A stretch of DNA of 62,848 nucleotides, counting the filler. It is 4 parts of 4 records of this genome, joined end to end, with 100 filler letters (N's around TTAATTAATTAA, not from the genome) between each part and the next. Parts side by side here need not be neighbours in the genome. Positions count along the whole stretch, not along the records: positions 1 to 27,484 come from DRR723986_3292; positions 27,585 to 47,876 come from DRR723986_3294; 2 more parts are not named here. The stretch is one strand, 5' to 3'. Numbering within the stretch: position 1 is the first letter of the stretch; every line of letters begins with the position of its first letter. Under the pieces are notes generated by a model. It was not told where the DNA came from, ran no database searches, and worked only from the letters and a program-made list of their open reading frames with translations. Position numbers and translations under genes: made by a program. Positions 20,722-32,810 of the stretch are shown one piece after another.

Positions 20722-22426
20722 CGAGGAGTTTCAGTCGCTGTAAAGTGTCGTAGATAATGGGGCTGTTCGGTGTGTCTTGCAGGCCTTTCTGCCAAGCCGC
20801 GCGGGCGGCATCCTCTCTGCCGAGTAACCAGTAGGCCTCGCCGAGGTGGGCGGCAATTTCGTGATCCTGGCTTTGGGCAAAGGCGCGCTCAAGATAGCTG
20901 AGTGCAGCCTCGGTCTTACCTTTGAGGAGCAACACCCAGCCGTAGCTATCCAATATGGCGGGGTCATCGGGCGATAGCTTGAGCGCGCGTTCGATTAAGC
21001 GCTGGGCCTCATCCAGTCGTGCGCTGCGGTTGGCCAGCGTGTAGCCCAGCGCATTGAGGGCCGCGCTGTTGTTTGGGTCGCGGTCGATAATGTAGCGCAG
21101 GTCCTTTTCCACGGCGGGTAGGTTGCCCAAGCGCTCAGAAAATAGTGACCGCGCATAGCGCAATTCGGTGCTGTCCGGCAGTGTTTGTAAGCCCTGAGTC
21201 AGTAGTGAGAAGCCACGCTCGTCTAAATCGGCCTTGCGCAGAATTTCGGCTTCCAGCAAATAAATAAATTCAGCGTGTTCCGGTAGTGATTCGCGCCAGT
21301 CGGCCAGGCGCGACAGGGCCTGCTCGCGGCCCTCTGTCGATAGGCTGATACTGGCTACCCGCCGGCTGGCCTCGTTGAATTCGGGTAGGCGGGTCGCCTG
21401 CTGGTAGTGCTGCAGGGCGTCGCTCCAGTCGCGCTCTTCTTCGGCGAGGCGGCCAAGTACATAGTGCGCCCGGCTGCGTTGCTGCGGATTGGCGCTCAGG
21501 CTTTCCAGTTGTTGCCCGGCTTCTTCAGTATTGCTGAGCTCGCGGTTTATCAGCATCAACTCCAGCAAGATATCGTGATCCTGTGGGTATTGCCGGGCCA
21601 GTACTTCATAGTGCGCCTTGGCTTGATAGACATCGACTTTAACCAGCTTGCGGCACAGGTCATGGCGCAGGCGCTTGTGTCTCGGGTTTTGGTCTACGGC
21701 GTATTTGAGTCGTTCTATCGCTTCGTCGTCGCGCCCGAGCTGGCTCAGGGTGCGCGTTTCAATGAGCAGGGCGTGGGGATTGGTCGGCTCTTCATCCAAT
21801 GCCAGGCGCACAAGATTTAATGCGTCTTCCTCGCGCTGGCGGTATTGCAGCATAAGTGCCAGGGCAATACGCAGGCTGTTGTCGCTGGGGTGTTGGCTTT
21901 GGGCAGTTTGCAGGGCCTCGAAAAAGGCATTTTTTTCAGCATCGGGGCGGCCAAGTGCCGTGGCTGCCATTGCTGCGAAGTTGGTTTCATCGCCGAGTTC
22001 GAGCACGCGGATCATATGGGGGAGGCCGCTGAGCGGGTCGCCCAGGCGGGACAGCGCGCCGGCCAGTATATAGTGGGCCTCGCTGGCGTCGGCGTCGCGT
22101 TTTAGCCAGCGCTGCGCGTAAACCGCGGCGACGTTGTGTTGCTCCATATAGTCGGCTAGCCGCGCCGTGCTGGCAATCAGCTCAAGGTCGCCGGTGCGGT
22201 CTGCCTGTCGGCGATAGTTGCCCAGGGCGGTGTTGAGGTCGTGGTTGCGCAGCGACAATTCGGCGAGCAGCAGGTCGTAAACGCTGTCTTCCGGCAGGGC
22301 TCTGAGGGGCGCGCTCTTGTCTTCGGCGGCGACGGCTTTCTCCGGCTGGTGGTCTGCCGGTGTCAGGGCGCAGCCAGAGGCCAAGAGGAATAGGCCAATG
22401 AGGGTGTAGTGTAAGCGTTGTGACAT
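20714..22426 (-). CDS. TPR-repeat lipoprotein
   Basis: Lipobox ASGC, ALNALGYTLA, ILDSYGWV and EIAAHLGE; conserved position between hemA and lolB. Confidence 0.9.
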   Translation of the reverse strand: MSQRLHYTLIGLFLLASGCALTPADHQPEKAVAAEDKSAPLRALPEDSVYDLLLAELSLRNHDLNTALGNYRRQADRTGDLELIASTARLADYMEQHNVAAVYAQRWLKRDADASEAHYILAGALSRLGDPLSGLPHMIRVLELGDETNFAAMAATALGRPDAEKNAFFEALQTAQSQHPSDNSLRIALALMLQYRQREEDALNLVRLALDEEPTNPHALLIETRTLSQLGRDDEAIERLKYAVDQNPRHKRLRHDLCRKLVKVDVYQAKAHYEVLARQYPQDHDILLELMLINRELSNTEEAGQQLESLSANPQQRSRAHYVLGRLAEEERDWSDALQHYQQATRLPEFNEASRRVASISLSTEGREQALSRLADWRESLPEHAEFIYLLEAEILRKADLDERGFSLLTQGLQTLPDSTELRYARSLFSERLGNLPAVEKDLRYIIDRDPNNSAALNALGYTLANRSARLDEAQRLIERALKLSPDDPAILDSYGWVLLLKGKTEAALSYLERAFAQSQDHEIAAHLGEAYWLLGREDAARAAWQKGLQDTPNSPIIYDTLQRLKLLDE

Positions 22427-22659
22427 TGTTGTCCTGTTGCGATGGCGCCGCGTTGTCGTCGCGGTGTAATGGCTGGAATAATCCTACCTTATTTCTATCG
22501 CCAGTTGGGCGACGCGTGCCATCTATGACCGCTGCGAGAAGGAATGATCACCGGCTGGCAGAGAAATCCCAGCTTGTTTTGGTAATAAAATCCACATTTG
22601 AACGCCAACTTGATAGAATCCGCGTCAGTTTTGCGCTCCTGACTCGGCTTCCCAACTGA

Positions 22660-23937
22660 ATGAAATTGCTCCTTGTTGGCATCAATCATAATTCCGCCCC
22701 GCTCTCGGTAAGAGAGCGCGTGGCGTTCGTGCCTGAGCAAATTCACTTGGCACTACAGGACGCCCTGGCCTGTGGCCTGGGTGAGGAGCTTGCCATTCTG
22801 TCTACCTGCAATCGCACGGAAATATACGCGTTGGGCGGTCAAGGCGATGCGGTTGACGACGCAAAGATGCTCGACTGGCTGTCGCGTTTTCACCATGTCG
22901 AGCGCCGCCATTTGGATGACTGCTGCTATATCAGTCGCGATAGCCAGGCGCTTCAACACATGATGGAAGTCGCCGCCGGCCTGGACTCTATGGTCCTGGG
23001 TGAGCCGCAAATTCTGGGGCAGATGAAGTCAGCCTATGCGCTGGCAGCAGAGGCCGGTACCGCAGCCTCGGGCATGCATCAGCTGTTTTCACAGGTGTTT
23101 AGCGTTGCCAAGCAGGTGCGCACCGACACCGCTATTGGTGAGAACCCGGTGTCGGTAGCCTATGCCGCGGTGTCACTCACTCAGCATGTTTTCAGTAAAT
23201 TATCCAAGTGTACGGCTTTGCTGATTGGCGCAGGTGAGACGATCGAGCTGGTTGCTCGTCACCTGCGGGAAAAGGGGGTGAAGCGCATCATCATTGCCAA
23301 CCGCACCCTGGAGCGCGCGCGACAGCTGGGCGAGGAGTTTCAGGCAGAGGCGGTAATGCTGTCTGACATTCCAGCGTACTTGCGCGATGCCGATATCCTC
23401 GTGGCATCCACTGCCAGCCAGTTGCCGATTCTTGGTAAAGGCGCCGTTGAGGTGGCTCTGAAGAAGCGCAAACACCGGCCAATGGTGATGGTGGATATTG
23501 CGGTTCCCCGGGATATCGAGCCCCAGGTTGCCGAACTCGATGATGTGTATTTGTATACCGTCGACGACCTTCGTGAAATCGTTGACGAAAATAAGCGCGC
23601 GCGCGAGTCTGAGGCGCGCAAGGCGGATCAGTTAATTGTTGCGGCCATTGAAGAGTGGCAGGCACGTCTGCGGTCGCGCGGTGCCGTCGCTACCGTCAAA
23701 GACTTCCGAGCCAAGGCCGAGGGGCTGCGCGATGCCGAGCTGGAACGCGCGCGCCGGCAGTTGGCCAAGGGTGAGGATGCTGCCGTGGTGCTTGAACAAC
23801 TGGCGCGGGGGCTGACGAATAAACTGATTCACAGCCCCACCACGCAGATAAAAGAAGCCGGCGCCAAGGGGCGCAACGATCTGGTCGACTGGGCCCGCGA
23901 GCTGCTCCAGCTGCGCGACCAGGACCGCGAAAATTAG
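22660..23937 (+). CDS. hemA: Glutamyl-tRNA reductase
   Basis: STCNRTE, GLDSMVLGEPQILGQ, GAGET and DIAVPRDI motifs. Confidence 0.98.
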   Translation: MKLLLVGINHNSAPLSVRERVAFVPEQIHLALQDALACGLGEELAILSTCNRTEIYALGGQGDAVDDAKMLDWLSRFHHVERRHLDDCCYISRDSQALQHMMEVAAGLDSMVLGEPQILGQMKSAYALAAEAGTAASGMHQLFSQVFSVAKQVRTDTAIGENPVSVAYAAVSLTQHVFSKLSKCTALLIGAGETIELVARHLREKGVKRIIIANRTLERARQLGEEFQAEAVMLSDIPAYLRDADILVASTASQLPILGKGAVEVALKKRKHRPMVMVDIAVPRDIEPQVAELDDVYLYTVDDLREIVDENKRARESEARKADQLIVAAIEEWQARLRSRGAVATVKDFRAKAEGLRDAELERARRQLAKGEDAAVVLEQLARGLTNKLIHSPTTQIKEAGAKGRNDLVDWARELLQLRDQDREN

Positions 23938-24003
23938 CGCGGCACCCTCCGCGACTTTTGCATCACCACGTTTACTTTTCTACATGTAGCCAAGCGAGAT
24001 TTT

Positions 24004-25086
24004 ATGAAGGCGTCTATTCGCAGCAAACTGGAAAACCTGCTTGATCGGTACGAGGAGATCGGCGCACTGCTTAGCGATGCCGATATTATCGCCGACCAAA
24101 ACCGGTTTCGTGGCCTCTCGCAGGAATATGCAGAAATTGAGCCGGTAGTGGCCAGCTATGCGCGGTATCGCCAAGTGTGTGATGACTTGGACGAAGCGCG
24201 ATTGATGCTAGATGAAGACGATGCCGACATGCGGGCGATGGCCGAGGAAGAAATTACCGACGGCGAGCAGCAGCTTGAAACGCTCGAAACGGAGCTGCAG
24301 ACCCTGCTGTTGCCGCGCGATCCCAATGACTCCCACAACGTATTTTTAGAGATCCGCGCCGGTACCGGCGGTGACGAGGCGGCGATTTTTGCCGGCGATT
24401 TGTTCCGAATGTATTCGCGATTCGCCGAGTCCAAGGGCTGGAAGATTGAAGTGCTCAATGAGCGCCCCGGCGAGCATGGCGGCTACAAGGAAATTATTAG
24501 CCGTGTTGCGGGGCAGGATGTCTATGGCCATTTAAAGTTTGAGTCGGGGGCTCACCGGGTTCAACGCGTGCCAGAAACTGAGTCACAGGGCCGTATTCAT
24601 ACCTCGGCATGTACCGTTGCCGTGATGCCCGAGCCGGAAGCGGCCGAAGAAGTAGAGATCAATAAAGGCGATTTGCGCATCGATACCTTCCGCGCCAGTG
24701 GTGCGGGTGGTCAGCACGTCAACAAGACCGATTCCGCCGTGCGTATTACGCATATCCCCAGCGGCATTGTGGTTGAGTGTCAGGATGAGCGCTCCCAGCA
24801 TAAAAACCGGGCGCGGGCGATGTCGCTGTTGGCGGCCCGTATCAACGATGTACGCAACAGTGAGCATCAACAAGCGCAGGCGGATCAGCGGCGTAACCTC
24901 GTCGGCAGCGGTGATCGCTCGGAGCGTATCCGCACTTACAACTTCCCTCAGGGAAGGGTGACCGACCACCGCATTAACTTAACGCTGTATAAGCTTGATG
25001 AATTTATGCAGGGCGACGTCGATCAAATCGTCGGTCCTCTGCGCCAAGAGCATCAGGCAGACTTGCTCGCGGCAATGGCTGAGTAA
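24004..25086 (+). CDS. prfA: Peptide chain release factor 1
   Basis: GGQ motif, PET specificity loop (VPETE) and IRTYNFPQ. Confidence 0.98.
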   Translation: MKASIRSKLENLLDRYEEIGALLSDADIIADQNRFRGLSQEYAEIEPVVASYARYRQVCDDLDEARLMLDEDDADMRAMAEEEITDGEQQLETLETELQTLLLPRDPNDSHNVFLEIRAGTGGDEAAIFAGDLFRMYSRFAESKGWKIEVLNERPGEHGGYKEIISRVAGQDVYGHLKFESGAHRVQRVPETESQGRIHTSACTVAVMPEPEAAEEVEINKGDLRIDTFRASGAGGQHVNKTDSAVRITHIPSGIVVECQDERSQHKNRARAMSLLAARINDVRNSEHQQAQADQRRNLVGSGDRSERIRTYNFPQGRVTDHRINLTLYKLDEFMQGDVDQIVGPLRQEHQADLLAAMAE

Positions 25087-25090
25087 GGCA

Positions 25091-25960
25091 ATGGTGGCGC
25101 CGGGTGCAATGAGTATTGCCGATGCGTTGGCGTGCCAGCACCAGCTTGAGTCAGTGAGTGATACGGCGGGGCTCGATGTCTCGCTGCTCCTTTGCCATGT
25201 GCTCGACAGGCCCCGCAGTTACCTCTATACCTGGCCCGAGCGGCTATTAGAGCCAGCGCAGCAGGCGCAGTTTTGCACGCTTCTTGAGCGCCGCTGCACG
25301 GGGGAGCCGGTAGCGCATATCCTGGGGTATCGGGAATTTTGGTCTCTGCCTTTGCAGGTCAATGCACATACATTGATTCCGCGCCCGGATACGGAGTGTT
25401 TGGTCGAGCTGGCGCTGAGTCTTTGCCAGAATAATGAGGCGGGTCGCCTGCTCGACCTTGGAACCGGTACGGGGGCATTAGCCTTGGCGCTGGCCAGTGA
25501 GTGGCCTCGCTGGCAGTGTTGGGCGCTGGATCGCTCCCCCGAGGCGGCGGCGCTCGCTGAACAAAACCGCCATGCACTGGGGTTGGATAATGTTTGTGTC
25601 GCGGTGTCGGATTGGTTTACAGCACTGGACGCGAGCCAGCCGTTTCATCTGATTATTAGCAACCCCCCATATATCGATGCTCAAGATCCTCACCTGGACC
25701 AGGGCGATGTACGATTTGAGCCCGTCTCCGCGCTGGTATCGCCCGAGAGTGGCTTGGCTGATCTGCGACACATTGTTGGCTCGTCGATGCCCTATCTGGC
25801 TGACAACGGCTATTTGCTGGTGGAGCACGGTTATCAGCAAGCATCAGCGGTGCGGACATTGTTTGTTTCGGCGGGCTTTGTCAGTGTGGAAACGCACCGC
25901 GATTACGGCGGCAACGAGCGTATGACCGTGGGGCAAAAGGTGGTGCAGGCCAAGTTATGA
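25091..25960 (+). CDS. prmC: Release factor glutamine methyltransferase
   Basis: LIPRPDTE, DLGTGTG, SNPPY and EHG motifs; start at 25091 or 25109. Confidence 0.96.
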   Translation: MVAPGAMSIADALACQHQLESVSDTAGLDVSLLLCHVLDRPRSYLYTWPERLLEPAQQAQFCTLLERRCTGEPVAHILGYREFWSLPLQVNAHTLIPRPDTECLVELALSLCQNNEAGRLLDLGTGTGALALALASEWPRWQCWALDRSPEAAALAEQNRHALGLDNVCVAVSDWFTALDASQPFHLIISNPPYIDAQDPHLDQGDVRFEPVSALVSPESGLADLRHIVGSSMPYLADNGYLLVEHGYQQASAVRTLFVSAGFVSVETHRDYGGNERMTVGQKVVQAKL

Positions 25961-26712
25961 AAGAGTTAAGCGATCAGCAATTATTGCGCTATAGCCGGCA
26001 TATCCTATTGCCAGAAATCGATGTGGCGGGGCAGCAAACACTGCTCTCCAGCCGTGTATTAGTTGTTGGCGTGGGTGGCCTGGGCTCTCCCGTGGCGATG
26101 TACCTGGCCGCTGCAGGTGTGGGCGAGCTGCACCTTGCCGACGGCGATACCGTTGAGCTCAGCAATTTGCAGCGTCAGATTGCGCATACCACCGCTGATG
26201 TCGGTCGTCACAAAGTGGCCTCGGCGGCGCAGCGCGTTGCCGAGCTGAACCCGGATATCTCGGTGCACGAATATGCGCAGCGACTCGAGGGTGAAGCGCT
26301 CGACGTGGCGGTGAGTTCAGTCGATATTGTTGTGGATGCCTGCGACAATTTGGCGACACGGTTTGCGGTGAACCAGGCCTGCTATCGCGCCGGTGTGCCG
26401 CTTGTTTCCGGCGCGGCCATTCGCGCTGAAGGGCAGCTTAGCGTTTATGATTTTCGTCAGGCCGATAGCCCCTGCTATCGCTGCCTGTATCACGAAGGCG
26501 GCGAAGATTTGCGCTGCGCTGACAGTGGCGTGTTGTCTCCCCTGGTCGGTATGGTGGGCAGCATGCAGGCGATTGAAACAATTAAGTGCCTGCTTGCCTT
26601 GCCGGGCACACTTTGCGGCCGCTTGATGATTATCGACGCACTTACCATGGATATTCGCCAGTTGCGGCTGGGGCGTGACCCCGGCTGCCCGGTTTGCAGC
26701 GCTGGTCGATAA
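25957..26712 (+). CDS. moeB: MoeB/ThiF family adenylyltransferase
   Basis: RYSRHI, GVGGLG, SNLQRQ, CYRC and CPVC motifs. Confidence 0.88.
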   Translation: MKELSDQQLLRYSRHILLPEIDVAGQQTLLSSRVLVVGVGGLGSPVAMYLAAAGVGELHLADGDTVELSNLQRQIAHTTADVGRHKVASAAQRVAELNPDISVHEYAQRLEGEALDVAVSSVDIVVDACDNLATRFAVNQACYRAGVPLVSGAAIRAEGQLSVYDFRQADSPCYRCLYHEGGEDLRCADSGVLSPLVGMVGSMQAIETIKCLLALPGTLCGRLMIIDALTMDIRQLRLGRDPGCPVCSAGR

Positions 26713-26769
26713 TGGCATAGTGCGTCCATAAACCGGCACGACAACATTAATAACAAAGAGGGATTGCCG

Positions 26770-27484
26770 ATGGTGCACGTATTGCGAGCCTATTATTTTT
26801 TTCACGACGGCGTGGTGGCACTGCTCAAGCGCTTGGCGTTTATCTCACCACTGATGATGCGTTTGTATCTGGCGCCGGTGATGATCGCTGCCGGGCTCAG
26901 CAAGGTCTATCATTTGGATGCAACGGCGCAGTGGTTTGAGCACAGCCTGGGGTTGCCTGAGCCAATGCTGATGGCGCAACTGGCGGCATATACCGAGCTG
27001 ATTGGCGGCTTTTGCCTGCTTTTTGGTTTTGCTTTGCGCTGGGCGTGTATTCCGCTGTTAATTACCATGGCCGTGGCTGCGGTCACTGTGCATTGGCCAA
27101 ATGGCTGGTTTGCGATCGCGCCCAGTGACCCTTTGAATAGCGCCGCCAAGCCGCTAGCCGATATTGGGCTGCCAGCCGCGCGGGAGAGTTTGGAAAACAG
27201 TGTAGAGGTGGGGCGCCGACTGGAGCGTGCGAGCGCCATTCTTCAGGAGCATGGCAACTACCCCTGGCTTACCGCGAAGGGAAATTTTGTCGTCCTGAAC
27301 AATGGTATCGAATTTGCCGCGACCTACTTCATTATGCTGCTGGCGCTATTGTTTAGCGGCGCTGGGCGCTGGCTGAGCCTGGACTTTTATCTTGACCGGC
27401 AGTGTCGGGCGGCGATTGCTCGCTATCACCTGCAGCGAGCGTCACAAAATTTGCAACCCGAACCCGAACCCGAACCCGAACCCG
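26770..27484 (+). CDS. DoxX family membrane protein (HvfX-like long-loop type), truncated at the contig end
   Basis: RLYLAPV, TELIGG, TVHWPNGW and NNGIEF motifs; runs into the N gap. Confidence 0.8.
27455..27484 (+). repeat. (AACCCG)5 hexamer tandem repeat encoding (PE)n
   Basis: Read directly; ends at the contig break. Confidence 0.9.
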
Positions 27485-27584
27485 NNNNNNNNNNNNNNNN
27501 NNNNNNNNNNNNNNNNNNNNNNNNNNNNTTAATTAATTAANNNNNNNNNNNNNNNNNNNNNNNNNNNNNNNNNNNNNNNNNNNN
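27485..27584. other. Artificial contig linker
   Basis: N44-TTAATTAATTAA-N44 (stop codons in all frames). Confidence 0.98.
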
Positions 27585-27598
27585 TCGGGCAACGGCGA

Positions 27599-27779
27599 TC
27601 CTTCAAGTTCAGCTTCCAATCAACCAGCCCTGTGCGACACAAGGTACCCACGCCGAGTTGGCTACCAATAGCAGCGGTGACAGTTCAAGTTTGGCTCCCT
27701 AGTCACCGGCCCCGTGCGAGACAAGCACAACAGCAGCCGCGAACCTTCAAGTTCAGATCAAAAGTCACCTTCGGGTGAC
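27599..27779. repeat. Intergenic repeat element (CCRGCCCYGTGCGASACAAG x2, CCTTCAAGTTCAG x2, terminal hairpin)
   Basis: Motif copies at 27624 and 27706, with an inverted third copy at 47847-47876; GTCACC-TTCG-GGTGAC at 27764-27779. Confidence 0.6.
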
Positions 27780-28027
27780 GTAAACCCCCCGCCATCACAG
27801 TTTTGTCATCAATTTTCCGCCACAAATATTTCACTGAAGCCAATTTCTTTTGAGAATCATCAACTTACCCTAGAAAGATCGCAGAAAAGTGAGTTTTTTA
27901 CCCATACTTTGTAAGTAATCTGCGAATTGCGATGATTAATCAATCTCTGTTGTTATTACGCAGGCAACGCAGATTGCCTACAGAAAACTAATAACTATTT
28001 TTAATCATTTCAAATGACGGAGAAAGC

Positions 28028-28873
28028 ATGGCCCTAGACGAATTGAAGAACGGCATTAGTGCCGTACCAGTAGCTGGCGAAATTCTGGCTGGCGTATTGG
28101 ACACCTTTGCTGGCTCACTGCCAGCTGCCCCCGAACTGCCTGGCTTGGACGCCATTCCCGGTTTGGACGCATTGCCCATTCCCACAGACAGCCTGCCCGG
28201 ACTGGATTCACTCACAGGTTTGTTGGGTGGTGGTTTGCCCACCCCTCCAGCTGGCATTCCAGGACTGGACTCAATTCCTGGTTTGGACATGCTGCCAACC
28301 AGCCCGGACGCCATCACCGACCTGCTGACAGGCGGATTGCCTGACGCGCCTTCAATTCCTGGTCTCGATGCAATTCCTGGCCTGGACGCACTGCCACTGC
28401 CAACCGACGGCGCCCCAAGCCTGGACACATTGACTGACCTGCTCAGTGGTGGCTTGCCAGAAGCCCCCGCACTACCCGGCCTGGACGCCATTCCTGGTCT
28501 GGACGCACTGCCAATTCCAACCGATGGCTTGCCAAGCCTGAGCACACTGACTGACCTGCTCAGCGGTGGTCTGCCCGATGCGCCAGCACTGCCCGGTTTG
28601 GACGCAATCCCTGGCCTGGACGCTCTTCCTGGCCTGGATGCACTGCCAATTCCAACAGACGGACTGCCAGGCCTGGACTCGTTGACCGGCCTGCTTGGTG
28701 GTGGTTTGCCCAGCCTGCCCGGTGGAGATACAGGCGGTGGCCTGCCAGCCAGCCCCATCAGTTTTGAGGACGGCACACTGACCCTGGCCTTGCCTGAGGG
28801 TCTGCCAATTTCAGCATCTGTAAGCATCAGTGGCCTGGAAGTGCCTGAAGCTGGCTTGCCCCTGCCTGCCTGA
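28028..28873 (+). CDS. Low-complexity Pro/Gly/Leu/Asp tandem-repeat protein
   Basis: GGAG RBS; five ~39-aa units containing 13 PGLD motifs with synonymous codon variation; downstream terminator. Confidence 0.8.
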   Translation: MALDELKNGISAVPVAGEILAGVLDTFAGSLPAAPELPGLDAIPGLDALPIPTDSLPGLDSLTGLLGGGLPTPPAGIPGLDSIPGLDMLPTSPDAITDLLTGGLPDAPSIPGLDAIPGLDALPLPTDGAPSLDTLTDLLSGGLPEAPALPGLDAIPGLDALPIPTDGLPSLSTLTDLLSGGLPDAPALPGLDAIPGLDALPGLDALPIPTDGLPGLDSLTGLLGGGLPSLPGGDTGGGLPASPISFEDGTLTLALPEGLPISASVSISGLEVPEAGLPLPA

Positions 28874-28919
28874 TTGTTCTCGCAGGCAATAGTTGTTCTT
28901 GACACCACACAGTGGTTTG

Positions 28920-28943
28920 GCCAGCCCTCGGGCTGGCTTTTTT
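28920..28943 (+). terminator. Rho-independent terminator
   Basis: GCCAGCC-CTCG-GGCTGGC-TTTTTT. Confidence 0.85.
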
Positions 28944-29841
28944 ATGACTGCCCGCTTTTGATCGCAAGAGCCCGGTCATAAACCGAGTTTTTTGCCATGC
29001 CCGTGGCCTTCACCACCAGCGCCACCGCAGTCTTCAGCGGCAACTCGGCCAATAACAGGGCAAGCCAGGTGTCCAAATCTGCGCTGGCCTGCTCGGCTTC
29101 TGCATCATGGTCAGAAATCTGGTTACCGCCAATCACCCATGCCCATTCGCCCCGCTCGGCATTGGGATCCTGTCGCACCTGCTCAAACACCTGCTCGCCA
29201 CTACCCCGGTAAAAAGTTTCAAACTGCTTGGTCAACTCGCGACCGGCGCACATTTCGCGCCCGCCCATGCCAAGGCTTTCAAGATCATCCACCAGTTGCA
29301 TCACGCGGTGGGGCGCCTCAAACACCACCTGAGGCTCCGGGCAGGCCAACCAGGTTTTCAAATCATCCAAACGGGTTTTTCCTTTCGCTGGCAAAAAGCC
29401 ACGAAAAGTGAAAGCGCCGTCCACCAAACCGCTCGCGGCCACCACAGCCAACACACTGCTGGCACCGGGCACCGGCACCACAGTAAAACCGGCCTCTGCC
29501 ACACAGCGAACTACCACGGCGCCAGGATCCGACACGGCCGGCGTGCCCGCATCGCTCACCAACGCCACCGACTCGCCACGCTGCAAACAAGCCAGCACCC
29601 CCTGCGCGCTTTCGCGTTCATTGTGGGCATGGTGCGCCATCAAGGGCTTTTTGATACCCAGTGCATCCAGCATGCGGGCGGTGTTGCGGGTGTCCTCCGC
29701 GGCAATTCGATCCACCTGCTCCAACACTGCGCGCGCACGAAGACTAAGGTCACCCATATTGCCGATGGGGGTTGCCACCACATAGAGGGAAGGTTCTCGC
29801 CGTGTTTCACTCTGAGCATCAGAATTCACAGCATCGTTCAT
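28942..29841 (-). CDS. rsmI: 16S rRNA C1402 2'-O-methyltransferase
   Basis: LYVVATPIGN, AEDTR, VSDAGTPAVSDPG, EAPHR and RELTK motifs; start trimmed to an RBS-preceded ATG. Confidence 0.95.
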   Translation of the reverse strand: MNDAVNSDAQSETRREPSLYVVATPIGNMGDLSLRARAVLEQVDRIAAEDTRNTARMLDALGIKKPLMAHHAHNERESAQGVLACLQRGESVALVSDAGTPAVSDPGAVVVRCVAEAGFTVVPVPGASSVLAVVAASGLVDGAFTFRGFLPAKGKTRLDDLKTWLACPEPQVVFEAPHRVMQLVDDLESLGMGGREMCAGRELTKQFETFYRGSGEQVFEQVRQDPNAERGEWAWVIGGNQISDHDAEAEQASADLDTWLALLLAELPLKTAVALVVKATGMAKNSVYDRALAIKSGQS

Positions 29842-29866
29842 TCCATTTCCTTCACCGGCGTTCTGC

Positions 29867-31728
<1,862 letters not shown>

Positions 31729-31752
31729 TCAGTTCAACCAACACAACCGGCA

Positions 31753-32244
31753 ATGATCAAAAAATTTCTTACTCTGTTTTCAACCCTTGCAGTGGTCAGC
31801 ATGCTGACCGCCTGCGGGGGCGACAAAGCACCGCAAGTGGATTACGTCACCATTCAAGGCCAGACCATTACACCGGCCGATTACCAGGGTCAGGTGATGC
31901 TTGTGAACTTTTGGGCAACCAGTTGCACCACTTGCGTGAAAGAAATGCCAGACATTGTCGACACTCACAACAAGTTCAAAGATCAGGGATTTAGAACCAT
32001 CGCCGTGGCGATGAGCTACGACCGCCCCGATTACGTGGTGAATTTTGCAGAAACCCGCAAGCTGCCATTTGATGTGGCACTGGATATAAACGGCAATATT
32101 GCCAAAGCATTTGATGACGTAAAAATTACGCCAACCACCTATGTGATCAATCGCAAAGGCGAGATCATCAAAACCTATGTGGGTGAACCCGATTTTGCGG
32201 CTTTGCACCAGCTGATCGAGAAATCGCTGGCTGAGAAGGTTTAA
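31753..32244 (+). CDS. TlpA-like thioredoxin lipoprotein
   Basis: Lipobox LTAC and VNFWATSCTTCVKEMP. Confidence 0.9.
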   Translation: MIKKFLTLFSTLAVVSMLTACGGDKAPQVDYVTIQGQTITPADYQGQVMLVNFWATSCTTCVKEMPDIVDTHNKFKDQGFRTIAVAMSYDRPDYVVNFAETRKLPFDVALDINGNIAKAFDDVKITPTTYVINRKGEIIKTYVGEPDFAALHQLIEKSLAEKV

Positions 32245-32265
32245 ACCAGCCAACACCGCACAGGC

Positions 32266-32745
32266 TCATTCCTCACCCCATTTAAAATCATCCATCACAC
32301 GGCGGTCCCGCTTGGTGGGCCGCGCCTTGATCTCGAGTGCGGGGTCTTTCATCAACTTGCGGTTGGCTGCGCGTTCCGCCCGCTTTTTCGCACTTTCCAT
32401 GGTTTCTTCGTAGAGGCCTTGCGCAATCGTGGCGCTACCGCGCTTGTCGCCCAGGCCTTTCACCACCAGCACCATATCGTCCCAGCCCACCGGCACGGTG
32501 AGCACATCGCCCACCTGCACACCATAGGCAGGCTTGACACGTTCATCGTTGCACTTCACCTTGCCACCTTCCACCACCTCCGTGGCCAGCGAACGGGTTT
32601 TGAAAAAACGGGCTGCCCACAACCATTTGTCGATCCGCACCTTGGCACCCGGTGCTGAAAAATCGGTTTTTCCGTTCGGTGTTTTTGCGGGCTCGGGGTT
32701 TCTGTTTTTACTGCGGCTCAAGCTGACTCCATCGGGGATTCCCAC
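32266..32745 (-). CDS. hslR: Ribosome-associated heat shock protein Hsp15 (S4 domain)
   Basis: RIDKWLWAARFFKTRSLA, LYEET and RPTKRDRR motifs; start uncertain. Confidence 0.92.
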   Translation of the reverse strand: MGIPDGVSLSRSKNRNPEPAKTPNGKTDFSAPGAKVRIDKWLWAARFFKTRSLATEVVEGGKVKCNDERVKPAYGVQVGDVLTVPVGWDDMVLVVKGLGDKRGSATIAQGLYEETMESAKKRAERAANRKLMKDPALEIKARPTKRDRRVMDDFKWGEE

Positions 32746-32810
32746 ACTGGTTGGCCTACCTTGGTTCAGGTAGCCTGTGGGGCTTCCATGAATTCAACAA
32801 GGACAAGGCT

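Noticed and set aside
27529-27540. TTAATTAATTAA palindrome occurring three times
   Set aside because: Centred in identical N-runs; an assembly spacer with stops in all frames, not biology
28130-28720. Possible CRISPR array or collagen
   Set aside because: The repeats are in-frame and degenerate at codon third positions, have no unique spacers and no cas genes, and lack Gly-X-Y periodicity
27988-28908. 306-aa antisense ORF over the repeat protein
   Set aside because: Shadow of the + strand repeat gene, which has the RBS, the terminator and third-position variation
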